This document shows, in pieces, positions 9,960-19,240 of a stretch of DNA of 64,000 nucleotides. A program made the position numbers and the translations under genes. A model generated the notes under the pieces. The model was not told the DNA's origin, ran no database searches, and worked only from the letters and a program-made list of their open reading frames with translations. Origin of the DNA: Candidatus Poribacteria bacterium (GTDB lineage Bacteria > Poribacteria > WGA-4E > WGA-3G); assembly GCA_965197475.1 (NCBI GenBank), contig CBDANF010000003.1:448001-512000 (forward strand), written 5' to 3'. Numbering within the stretch: the stretch's first letter is position 1; each line of letters starts with the position of its first letter.

Positions 9960-11909
9960 ATGAAAATACTAAGTCTTTTACTAACCACTCTGCCAATGAT
10001 TTCGACTTTATTTTTATTAACTTTTTTGTCCTCCGCTGCTTTTTCCCAAAATCATACTCGATTAGGGTTACCTGTTGGTGCTAAAGCACGTCTCGGGAAA
10101 GGTAGAATACATCAGATAAAGTATTTTCCAGATGGCAAACGTCTCGCTGTTGCGACTTCCATCGGTATCTGGATTTATGATTTGGGTTCAGGAGAAGCAC
10201 TTGACTTGCTCATCGGACATACGGGACCGATTAAATCAATAGCATTCAGTCCAGACGGTCAAACTCTTGCCACGGGGAGTGAGGACAACACTATACGATT
10301 ATGGGACACAAACACAAGTCAATATAAAGTTACCTGTATTGGACATGAAAAGGATGTCAATTTTTTGGCTTTTAGTCCTTCCGGGAAGACACTTGCCAGT
10401 GCTAGTGGGGATTGGAAAGATCGGAAGATCCGGATTTGGGACGCGCAAACCGGCAGACTTCTGAAAACCGTCACATCTGATGCCGAACCCATAAGTGCAA
10501 TCACATATTCTCCTGATGGTGCGATGCTTCTCGCCATCGGAAATTGGGACAAGAACGAATTTTATATTGAATCCTGGGATGCACAAACTGGTGATCATTT
10601 AAAAGACGTTCTAATTGAAACAAATTTTAATGCTGCAGCGATTTCTCCAGACTGCAAAGTTCTGGCTGGCGTAGGTAAAGATCCGCACCCGATTCAGTTT
10701 TGGGATGTAGAAACAGGTACACCTCTGAAAAGTGCTGAAAAATGGGAAGGAGATTTTGAGTACATAGAGTTTTCACCCGATGGACGCAGGATCGTTACCG
10801 GAGGTATTTGGGATTCTGTTAGTCTTTGGGACGTTAGCAAGGCAGAACTTCTAAACAGAATGGCGCGTGGAGAACCGATTAATTCTGTCACGTATTCACC
10901 TGATGGAAAGGCAATAGCAAGTGGAAGTGATGATGGCACAATCCGATTTTGGGATGTTGCGACCGGCAAACTGATAAAAACCATCACTGGACATCTGGAT
11001 TCACAATTTTTTTCTGCAGCTTTTTCTCCTGATGGTAGCACACTAATCTGTGGTGGTGAATCCAAAGTCCAATTCTGGAATCCACAGACCTACGAACTTA
11101 TGAAAACTATCGAAGAAACGCGTTGCAACGTATATACAATAAAATATTCACTTGATGCGAATATATTTGCCACCGGAGGCACATCTAAGAAAGCACGTTT
11201 GTGGGATGCGAAGACCGGGAGGTTCCTTGGAAGATTCTCAGCACATAAAGATCAGACTCATTACAGAAATAAAGAAAAAGTTTCTACCGTTGCCTTTTCG
11301 CCCGATGGGAGTATACTTGCAACTGGAGGTAGTGACAATCAGGTCTGTTTGTGGGAAATCCGTACGGACGAACTGTATCTAATTGGTGAACGTTTGGCGG
11401 CGTTCACTGAACATACGGAAAACGTCTCTTCTGTAGCTTTTTCACCTGATGGAAATGTGCTTGCAAGTGGAAGCCAAGACAAAACAATTCAATTGTGGGA
11501 CGTAAAGTCTCATAAGCACCTGAAAACCCTCACTGGGCACGAAGAAGATGTCACCGCTGTGGTGTATTCCCCGGACGGTAGCACACTTGCCAGCGGAAGC
11601 GAGGATGGCACCATCCGTTTGTGGAACCCACACACAGGCGATCTACGATTCCCTCCAATAGAAGAAGCAGGACAGGTAACTGCTTTGGCATATTCCCCCG
11701 ATAGTAGTATGCTGGCGGGCACAAGTACTGACAAAAACGACATTTACATTTGGGATGCACAGACAGGACAATGTCTTCAAACCTTTACCGGGCATACACA
11801 GCGCGTCAATGCTGTGGCGTATTCTCCAGACGGCAAGACTCTCGCGAGTGTAAGCTCTGACGGTACGCTCCTCCTTTGGGACCTAACAGCGTCTGTTCTG
11901 AATAGATGA
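9960..11909 (+). CDS. Secreted WD40 repeat protein (subfamily B)
   Basis: ATG 9960 after an AAGGAG RBS; signal-peptide-like N-terminus; many GH..WD repeats; IKYFPDG and ELYLIGE signatures. Confidence 0.9.
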   Translation: MKILSLLLTTLPMISTLFLLTFLSSAAFSQNHTRLGLPVGAKARLGKGRIHQIKYFPDGKRLAVATSIGIWIYDLGSGEALDLLIGHTGPIKSIAFSPDGQTLATGSEDNTIRLWDTNTSQYKVTCIGHEKDVNFLAFSPSGKTLASASGDWKDRKIRIWDAQTGRLLKTVTSDAEPISAITYSPDGAMLLAIGNWDKNEFYIESWDAQTGDHLKDVLIETNFNAAAISPDCKVLAGVGKDPHPIQFWDVETGTPLKSAEKWEGDFEYIEFSPDGRRIVTGGIWDSVSLWDVSKAELLNRMARGEPINSVTYSPDGKAIASGSDDGTIRFWDVATGKLIKTITGHLDSQFFSAAFSPDGSTLICGGESKVQFWNPQTYELMKTIEETRCNVYTIKYSLDANIFATGGTSKKARLWDAKTGRFLGRFSAHKDQTHYRNKEKVSTVAFSPDGSILATGGSDNQVCLWEIRTDELYLIGERLAAFTEHTENVSSVAFSPDGNVLASGSQDKTIQLWDVKSHKHLKTLTGHEEDVTAVVYSPDGSTLASGSEDGTIRLWNPHTGDLRFPPIEEAGQVTALAYSPDSSMLAGTSTDKNDIYIWDAQTGQCLQTFTGHTQRVNAVAYSPDGKTLASVSSDGTLLLWDLTASVLNR

Positions 11910-11932
11910 ACGTTATAAATTTTCAAAAAAAT

Positions 11933-11961
11933 TTGCAATCAGAAAGAAAGTGTAGTATACT
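11933..11961 (+). promoter_or_regulatory. sigma70 promoter
   Basis: TTGCAA-17 bp-TATACT. Confidence 0.55.
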
Positions 11962-11967
11962 GTACAG

Positions 11968-12168
11968 TTGGAAAAATCAGAATATCGAAATTATCGAGGG
12001 TGGTTCATCAACATTTTATTCGTTAGTGCCTAACGTTGATTAGGTCCGTGCAGCACGATTCACCTCCCGCGGAATCCTATACGCGCATTCCGCGTTGATT
12101 TGATCCTACCCCGCCTACACACATTAGGTTGTGCTACACAATAGAAATCATGAACCATTCTTTTTTGT
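11968..12168 (+). ncRNA. Candidate structured small RNA
   Basis: Downstream of the promoter; closing helix GGGTGGTTCAT/ATGAACCATTC followed by a T-tract, with three internal helices. Confidence 0.35.
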
Positions 12169-12682
12169 TTGGTAGGTCAGTTCTCAACTCACACCTACCG
12201 GATGTTGTCACTTTTAGTAAAATCCGAAAATACATTCACATTTATTTGTAGTTTACAGACTATCTACAAGTTATCTCAAAAATCTCTTGTTGTGTTCTGC
12301 TAAGTTGTTTTGCGTCCATTTCTTGTCCATATAGGTATGTTGCCGCTCAATTCTTTGTGTCTATAGACTGAAACAGTATTTGGTTATGGTTTTTACCGTT
12401 CAATTTTGCTAAGACGTGTCCAAGTTTATCTTCCCTAAAATCCGAACAATCAAGATCAAAATTCGTTCACTCATACAGATTCAGTATCCGGGTTCACAAT
12501 ACCGGTTGTCTAAATCACAAGTGCATCTCTACCATAAAATCAAACAAAATGTTCATATAGGTTGAGTTTGGAATCTCACTACGGCTATGACGTTTCAAAT
12601 ATTTTGGTCATACTAAATTTTGTATGTGTTACTATTTCCCTGTGCATATAACAACCTTTCGAATAAAATGGAGGCTTGTTTC

Positions 12683-14581
12683 ATGAAAACAGTGTTTTCT
12701 TTTCTTGTTGTGATCCTTAGTTTTTCTGTACTATGTTTGCCAAATGGCATAGCACAAGAATATATGAAAAATTATTTGCCTGAAGGTGCCAGAGCTCGTG
12801 TCGGAAAAGGATCTGTGTCTGAAATTGCATATTCTCCAGATAGTACTCAACTGGCTGTAGCAAGTTCAATCGGCATCTGGATCTATGATGCGCGAACAGG
12901 TCAAGAACTTGATCTACTCACAGGCCACACAGGTGGTGTTTCTTCCGTATGTTATAGTCCTGATGGTCACACGCTGGCGAGCGGGAGTTCCGACCACACT
13001 ATCCGATTATGGGATGTCAGGACTGGTGAGCTCAAAACAACACTAACTGGACACACTGGGAGTATATATTCTGTAGCCTTCAGTCCAGATGGCAGAACGG
13101 TTGCAAGTGGCAGCAGAGACGAGTTCATTCGGTTTTGGGATGTGAAAACTGGCGAAACACTCCGAACTATCGCTGGACATGTTGATCGTGTCTCCGGTGT
13201 CGTGTATTCTCCTGATGGTAAAAAACTTGCGAGTTTTGGATACGATGAAAAAATTCATGTCTGGGATGCAAAGACAGGAGAATTCATAAAGACCCTTGAA
13301 CCAGAGTTTGAGCGTGATACTTCCGGTTATAGTCGCATCTATGCAATAGCATTTTCTCCGGACAGCCAAACACTCGCATCTGGGAGTCGCTATGGAACAA
13401 TTCGGATGTGGGATATCAAAAATTCGCAACTGAAATTTAACTTCATAGCAAATAAAGGGGGTGTCTATTCGGTAACATTTAGTCCTGATGGTCAAACACT
13501 CGCTACGGGGGGACATCCTGAGAATGCCAACGTTCTCCAGTTATGGGATACTGCTACTGGCAAACAGGTGAAAAACTTTACCGGGCATTCGGATATTGTT
13601 ACATCATTGGTTTTTTCTCCAGACGGGGCAACATTAACAAGTTATAGTTCTGATAAAACCTTATGTATATGGGATAGTGCAACGGGTACCCCTTTGCACA
13701 CTGTTACTGGATCTAACAGAGGAACGGTTAAGTCTACAATGTTTTCGTCACATGGGCGAACAATGGCATGTTTGTTAACTACAGGCGACATTCAGTTGTG
13801 GGATCCAAACACAGTTACATTGACAAAGACTATCAATGCTAACCTGCGAAGGATCTCTTGTATTGCCTATTCTCCAGATAATGTGACGTTCGCATGTGGC
13901 AATTCTGATGGGGAATTGGTTTTACTTGATGCGGACTCTGGGGAACAAAACCACATTATCCTGGAGGCGCACACCGACAGAATCACATCGGTAGCTTTCA
14001 GTCCTGATGCAAGTACACTTGCAAGTTGTAGTTATGATAAGATAATTCGCTTGTGGAATGTTCACACAGGCAAGCTGATAGATTCATTTGAAGGGCATGT
14101 GAATTCGGTAGTAGATTTAGCATTTTCACCATCTGGTAATATAGTTGTGAGTGCATGTAGTAATGGCATAATCCGATTTTGGGATATAAAAACTGGGCAA
14201 ACTGTCAAAACCATAGAAGCACATGCCGACAGAATTGAGGAAATAGTATTCTCTCCATCTGGGGAAATTCTTGTGAGTTCAGGTGGAGATGACACAATCC
14301 GATTCTGGGATGTTAAGACAGGCGAACTTTTAAAAACAATCGATCCTGGGAAAAATATCGCTTCTATAGCGTTTTCACCTGATGGACGTAAATTAGCCAG
14401 CTCATATTTGAGAGAGAATGAGATTAACCTTTGGGATGTAAATACAGGTGGAATTTTGCAAACATTTACGGGACATACTGATTTTATTTATATTGCCCCG
14501 ATTGTTTTTTCCCCTGATGGTAAGAGTCTCATTAGTAGTAGCTATGATAATACTATGATTTTTTGGGAGATAAATCCGTAG
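12683..14581 (+). CDS. Secreted WD40 repeat protein (subfamily A)
   Basis: ATG 12683 after GGAGG; signal peptide, YMKNYLPEGARARVGKG, then WD40 repeats. Confidence 0.9.
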   Translation: MKTVFSFLVVILSFSVLCLPNGIAQEYMKNYLPEGARARVGKGSVSEIAYSPDSTQLAVASSIGIWIYDARTGQELDLLTGHTGGVSSVCYSPDGHTLASGSSDHTIRLWDVRTGELKTTLTGHTGSIYSVAFSPDGRTVASGSRDEFIRFWDVKTGETLRTIAGHVDRVSGVVYSPDGKKLASFGYDEKIHVWDAKTGEFIKTLEPEFERDTSGYSRIYAIAFSPDSQTLASGSRYGTIRMWDIKNSQLKFNFIANKGGVYSVTFSPDGQTLATGGHPENANVLQLWDTATGKQVKNFTGHSDIVTSLVFSPDGATLTSYSSDKTLCIWDSATGTPLHTVTGSNRGTVKSTMFSSHGRTMACLLTTGDIQLWDPNTVTLTKTINANLRRISCIAYSPDNVTFACGNSDGELVLLDADSGEQNHIILEAHTDRITSVAFSPDASTLASCSYDKIIRLWNVHTGKLIDSFEGHVNSVVDLAFSPSGNIVVSACSNGIIRFWDIKTGQTVKTIEAHADRIEEIVFSPSGEILVSSGGDDTIRFWDVKTGELLKTIDPGKNIASIAFSPDGRKLASSYLRENEINLWDVNTGGILQTFTGHTDFIYIAPIVFSPDGKSLISSSYDNTMIFWEINP

Positions 14582-14630
14582 TCCTTCTCTTAAACATCGA
14601 ATATTTTAGATTTTTAAAGGAGTGTGGTTA

Positions 14631-16535
14631 ATGAATATACGTAATCTTATACGCATTGTGTTCCTTATTATTTCTGTAATGTATTCAAGTCTGCTGCCAA
14701 ATGTCTTTTCAGATGAGTCCACGCGCTGGGGTTTACCAACTGGAGCCAAAGCACGATTCGGAAAAAGCAGAATAAATGATATTAAGTACTTTCCAGATGG
14801 TAACAAGATAGCAGTGGCAACAACCATTGGCACCTGGATCTATGATGTACATTCGGGTGAGGAAATTGACCTGCTTACAGAACATACTGGCTATGTAAGT
14901 TCTATAGCATTTAGTCACGATGGCAAAATATTTGCTACGGGAAGTGGCGATGATACTGTCTGCTTATGGGATACACAAACTGGTCAAAACATATCTACAC
15001 TCATCGGACACACGGGTAGTGTTACTTCAGTCTCCTTTAATTCTAAAAGTGACATCCTCGCGAGTGGTAGTCTTGACAATACCATTCAATTATGGAACAT
15101 ACATACTGGCGAACCACTAAAAACACTCATAGGACATGCAGGAGGAGTGTATTGCGTGGCATTTTCCCCCGATGGTGAAACAATAGCAAGCGGAGCAAGG
15201 GATAGCACATTACGATTTTGGAACACATCTACCGGTAAACAACAGAGTACTTTTTTTGTTCAAGATACTTGGGTGAAAACTGTCGCATTTTCACCGGATG
15301 GCAAAGTTGTTGCATGTGCAGGAGATGATGCTATGGTGTACATTTATGATGTTGCTACAGGAGAACGTTTGAAGATTCTCACAGGACATAGTAGTTATAT
15401 CGATTCTGTTGTCTTTGCACCCGACGGACGCACCCTTGCGAGTACAAGCCATGACTGGAAACTCCATATTTGGGACGTAAAAACAGGGACTCTTCTGAAT
15501 TACTTTAAACATAAAAGTTTCGTAACCACAGCAGCGTATTCACCAGATGGTAAGACACTTGTTTGCGGCAGTTATGACGGGACTATTCGATTTCGAAATA
15601 GCAGAACAATGGAACTTTTTAAAACCATCACCGGACATACTAATCGAGTCTATTCAGTTGCATATTCGCCAGATGGTAAGACGCTTGCCTGTGGAATTGG
15701 AAAGCAACTACAATTTTTGGATTTACAGACCGGTGAACTCCTCAACACTATCTCTGGTTATCAGACATATTTTTATTCTGTTGAGTTCTCTCCGGATGGA
15801 AAAACACTCGTCGGTGGAGTTTCAAACACAACAGGCAGTAGGGTTCGATTGTGGGATGTACATACAGGTAAGTTCATTGGCAGTTTCAGTTTCCCAGACG
15901 GGAGATCTAAGGCTAACTCTATTGCCTATTCTCCCGATGGTAGCACGTTGGCTACTGGGTACGTCGACGGCAACATTCTGTTATGGGAGGTTCGCACTGG
16001 AGAACAATTGCTGATTGGCGATCTGTTAAGAACGTTATTTGAGCATACTTCATCTGTGAACTCGCTTGTGTTTTCCCCAGATGGTAGTTTACTTGCAAGT
16101 GGAAGTTCCGATAACACGATTATGTTGTGGGATCCCATTACCGGCAATCACTTGAAAACACTTATTGGACACTCAGATAAGGTGAATGACATTATCTTTT
16201 CGCCAGATGGCACAACCCTTGTCAGTGGCGGTGAGGATAGCACTATTAGCGTGTGGAATGTGGAAACTGGCGAATTACGGTTTCCTCCAATTCCACATTT
16301 TGGTGATGTCACTTCTCTCGCGTTTTCTCCTGATGGAAGCATTTTTGCAAGCGGGAGCGACAACGATACAATTTACCTTTGGGACTTGCAGACGAGAAAA
16401 GTAATACACACCTTCGTTGCGCATGCGTATGATGTCACTGATGTTGCGTTCTCTCCTGATGGTGAAACGCTTGCAAGCAGTAGTCGTGATGGCACAATTC
16501 TTATTTGGGAGCTTAAAACGTTTTTTAATAAATAA
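14631..16535 (+). CDS. Secreted WD40 repeat protein (subfamily B)
   Basis: ATG 14631 after AAGGAG; signal peptide, IKYFPDG, EQLLIGD, WD40 repeats. Confidence 0.9.
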   Translation: MNIRNLIRIVFLIISVMYSSLLPNVFSDESTRWGLPTGAKARFGKSRINDIKYFPDGNKIAVATTIGTWIYDVHSGEEIDLLTEHTGYVSSIAFSHDGKIFATGSGDDTVCLWDTQTGQNISTLIGHTGSVTSVSFNSKSDILASGSLDNTIQLWNIHTGEPLKTLIGHAGGVYCVAFSPDGETIASGARDSTLRFWNTSTGKQQSTFFVQDTWVKTVAFSPDGKVVACAGDDAMVYIYDVATGERLKILTGHSSYIDSVVFAPDGRTLASTSHDWKLHIWDVKTGTLLNYFKHKSFVTTAAYSPDGKTLVCGSYDGTIRFRNSRTMELFKTITGHTNRVYSVAYSPDGKTLACGIGKQLQFLDLQTGELLNTISGYQTYFYSVEFSPDGKTLVGGVSNTTGSRVRLWDVHTGKFIGSFSFPDGRSKANSIAYSPDGSTLATGYVDGNILLWEVRTGEQLLIGDLLRTLFEHTSSVNSLVFSPDGSLLASGSSDNTIMLWDPITGNHLKTLIGHSDKVNDIIFSPDGTTLVSGGEDSTISVWNVETGELRFPPIPHFGDVTSLAFSPDGSIFASGSDNDTIYLWDLQTRKVIHTFVAHAYDVTDVAFSPDGETLASSSRDGTILIWELKTFFNK

Positions 16536-16548
16536 AGGATATCTCTCT

Positions 16549-17032
16549 ATGAGAAATATCAGTCTGTTAATACTTCCAATAATCTTAATGTCCCTGTCAT
16601 GTATTTCCGTTAGTTTTGCTCAAAATTATTTCGAAAACTATCTACCTGAAGGAGCTATCGCGCGGTTCGGGAAAGGCTATATTTATGATTTCGATTATTC
16701 GCCTGATGGCACTCTAATTGCAGTTGGAAGTACCATTGGTATCTGGCTGTATGATGCCCGGACTGGAAAATAACTCAAATTACTCACAGGACATAATTAT
16801 GTTATAGTGAAACCCATAATTATCTTTACTTTTGTTCTTATGTGGATTTCAAACACACCATGAATATAAGAGGCGCAATGAATTGCGCGACTACAAACGC
16901 CGCTAACCTTAAGAAAATTGTAAAGGTATTTTTAGATTTTACTATAATGCAGTTAAATTTAGTCCTGACAGGAGGACACTTGCCAGTAGGGGCGGAGATA
17001 GCACTGTGATTCTATGGGATTTGACAAAATAA
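16549..17032 (+). pseudogene. Collapsed WD40 gene (subfamily A) with a nonsense mutation and a MITE insertion
   Basis: Signal peptide plus YFENYLPEGAIARFGKG, then TAA at 16771. Removing the MITE at 16803..16946 rejoins ...GHNYV-NAVKFSPDRRTLASRGGDSTVILWDLTK*. Confidence 0.8.
16803..16946. mobile_element. IS630-type MITE with TA duplication
   Basis: Ends TA-TAGTGAAACC / GATTTTACTA-TA resemble the IS630 ends at 23259/24169; precise removal restores the WD40 frame. Confidence 0.75.
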
Positions 17033-17165
17033 TACCATTTCTAAAAAATACAATTTCATTATGAGATTTCGGAGCGCACATTAAGGTGAAGAATGTAAGA
17101 GGCGCAATGAATTGCGATTAAACGCGTTTTTGCTAATGAAAAGCAATCATTTAGAAATGGTATAA
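17030..17165. mobile_element. MITE (TAATACCATTTCTA..TAGAAATGGTATAA)
   Basis: ~14-bp terminal inverted repeats with the same REP-like core as 6991..7106. Confidence 0.65.
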
Positions 17166-17319
17166 TAATCTTTGTTAAAAATCAATTTTGTTGAAGCAAA
17201 TTTTTCGTACTTTTATCTTGATATGTCAAGTTGCCAATGATGTTGACTCCAGCATGTCACGAAAGTAAATATTGCAAATTTAGTGTTTACCAACTACACA
17301 ATTATAGGAGTACATATTG

Positions 17320-19212
17320 ATGAAAATGCTGATCTTTTTTTCAAAAATTTCACTGTTAATTTTTGTAATGTGTTTATCAAATTCCAACGCTCAAGAAGAC
17401 CCTCAATTGAGTTTGCCATTAGGTGTTAAAGCACGCATTGGCAAAGGCGGGGTGAAGCAGATAAAGTATTTTCCTGATGGAACGAAGCTTGCAGTCGGCA
17501 GTACAATAGGAATCTGGGTCTATGATGTTCCGACTGGCGAACCGATTGATCTACTTACAACACATACAGGTCCTGTCAATTCAATAGCATTCAGTCCGGA
17601 TGGAAATACGTTTGCAACTGCAAGTGATGATAATACTGCAAGAGTGTGGGATGCCCATACTGGACAACTCAAAGAGATGTTCTTTGAACTTCCAAGTGAT
17701 GCTGATACATTAGATATTAATTCTGATGGTAAAGTTATCGCAATTGGATGTTTTGATGTTATTCATTTATTTGATTTCCACACAGGACAGCAGATAACGA
17801 GACTTAGAAGGCATACAGAGGAAGTTTACTCGGTAATCTTTTCTCCAGATGGGAAACTACTTGCCAGCATTGCGGAGCCAGGGGATAATGTCATTCTACT
17901 TTGGGACGCACAAACGGGAAACCTCCTAAGAGCAATCACAGAAGATACAGATATAAATTGCATAGCATTTTCTCCAGATAGCAGCACACTTGCAAGTGCA
18001 ACCTGGGACGGTGTGATTAATCTTTGGGAGGTAACTACCACCAAACACCTTAAGACATTCGAGACAGAAAGTTGGATGGATAGCGTCAACGCTATGAAGT
18101 TTTCTCCGGATGGACGTACACTTGCAAGTGGAATTGATAGTGATGCAGTGTGTTTTTGGGATGTTGGTAACAGCAAACTTATTAAAACAATTGAGCATGA
18201 AGATTCGGTAGTATCAATTTCATATTCACCAGATGGGAGTGTCCTTGCGAGTGCAATGGAAAATGGAAAAATCCAATTTTGGGATGTAGCCACCAGTAAA
18301 CTCCATAAGACTATTCCAAGTAGAATTCCTCGCTTTTCTTCTGTGGTATGTTCACCAGATGAAAACATTTTAGCCAGTGGGAATGGCACTGATATCCGCT
18401 TCTGGGATTTGGGGACAGGAGAACTTCTGAAAACTATCATTGGACCTCGTTCCACGATAAGTTCTGTAATGTTTTCATCGGATGGTAGTATACTTGCAAG
18501 CGGCGGCAATTCACGAAATGCTCGGCTATGGGATGTAGAAACTGGAAGGTTCCTCGGCACTTTTTCAGGACATACAGGGCCGATTTCTGCAGTAGCTTTT
18601 TCACCCGATGACAGCGTGCTTGCCAGTGCAAGCAGAGATACAACAATACGTTTGTGGGAAATTCGAAAGGATGAACAACTCTTTATTGGTGAACTCTTGA
18701 AAACATTTGAAGGGCATACTGATGATGTCTCTTCTGTCACCTTTTCACCAAATGGTAAGGTACTTGCCAGTGGCAGTAAAGATAGAACAATTCGATTGTG
18801 GGACGTAAAGACTGGAAATCTGTTAAATACGCTGGTTGGTCACACAGGAGATGTCCAGACTGTCCTGTTTTCACCTGATGGCAACTTACTCGTAAGTGGA
18901 TGTTGTTGGAGCGGGAGTTGGGATGGTAAGGTCTGCTTGTGGGATGCCCATACTGGTGAACTCTTATTAACTCTTGATAATGAGACTGTAGCTGCTGTTA
19001 CGTTTTCTCCAGATGGTTCCATTATTACCTATGCTAATGATGATACAATATACTTTTTAGACATTCTCAGCGAGAACATACTAACAATGTTGAAAGGACA
19101 CACCGATGTAGTGGATAGCCTTGCGTATTCATCAGACGGTAAGACGCTTGTAAGTGGTAGCAGAGATGGTACAATTCTAATATGGGACCTTGAAAAAACT
19201 TTTGATAAATAG
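17320..19212 (+). CDS. Secreted WD40 repeat protein (subfamily B)
   Basis: Signal peptide, IKYFPDG, EQLFIGE, WD40 repeats. Confidence 0.9.
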   Translation: MKMLIFFSKISLLIFVMCLSNSNAQEDPQLSLPLGVKARIGKGGVKQIKYFPDGTKLAVGSTIGIWVYDVPTGEPIDLLTTHTGPVNSIAFSPDGNTFATASDDNTARVWDAHTGQLKEMFFELPSDADTLDINSDGKVIAIGCFDVIHLFDFHTGQQITRLRRHTEEVYSVIFSPDGKLLASIAEPGDNVILLWDAQTGNLLRAITEDTDINCIAFSPDSSTLASATWDGVINLWEVTTTKHLKTFETESWMDSVNAMKFSPDGRTLASGIDSDAVCFWDVGNSKLIKTIEHEDSVVSISYSPDGSVLASAMENGKIQFWDVATSKLHKTIPSRIPRFSSVVCSPDENILASGNGTDIRFWDLGTGELLKTIIGPRSTISSVMFSSDGSILASGGNSRNARLWDVETGRFLGTFSGHTGPISAVAFSPDDSVLASASRDTTIRLWEIRKDEQLFIGELLKTFEGHTDDVSSVTFSPNGKVLASGSKDRTIRLWDVKTGNLLNTLVGHTGDVQTVLFSPDGNLLVSGCCWSGSWDGKVCLWDAHTGELLLTLDNETVAAVTFSPDGSIITYANDDTIYFLDILSENILTMLKGHTDVVDSLAYSSDGKTLVSGSRDGTILIWDLEKTFDK

Positions 19213-19240
19213 ACAGTTATGTTCAAAAAGGAGCCTTTCA

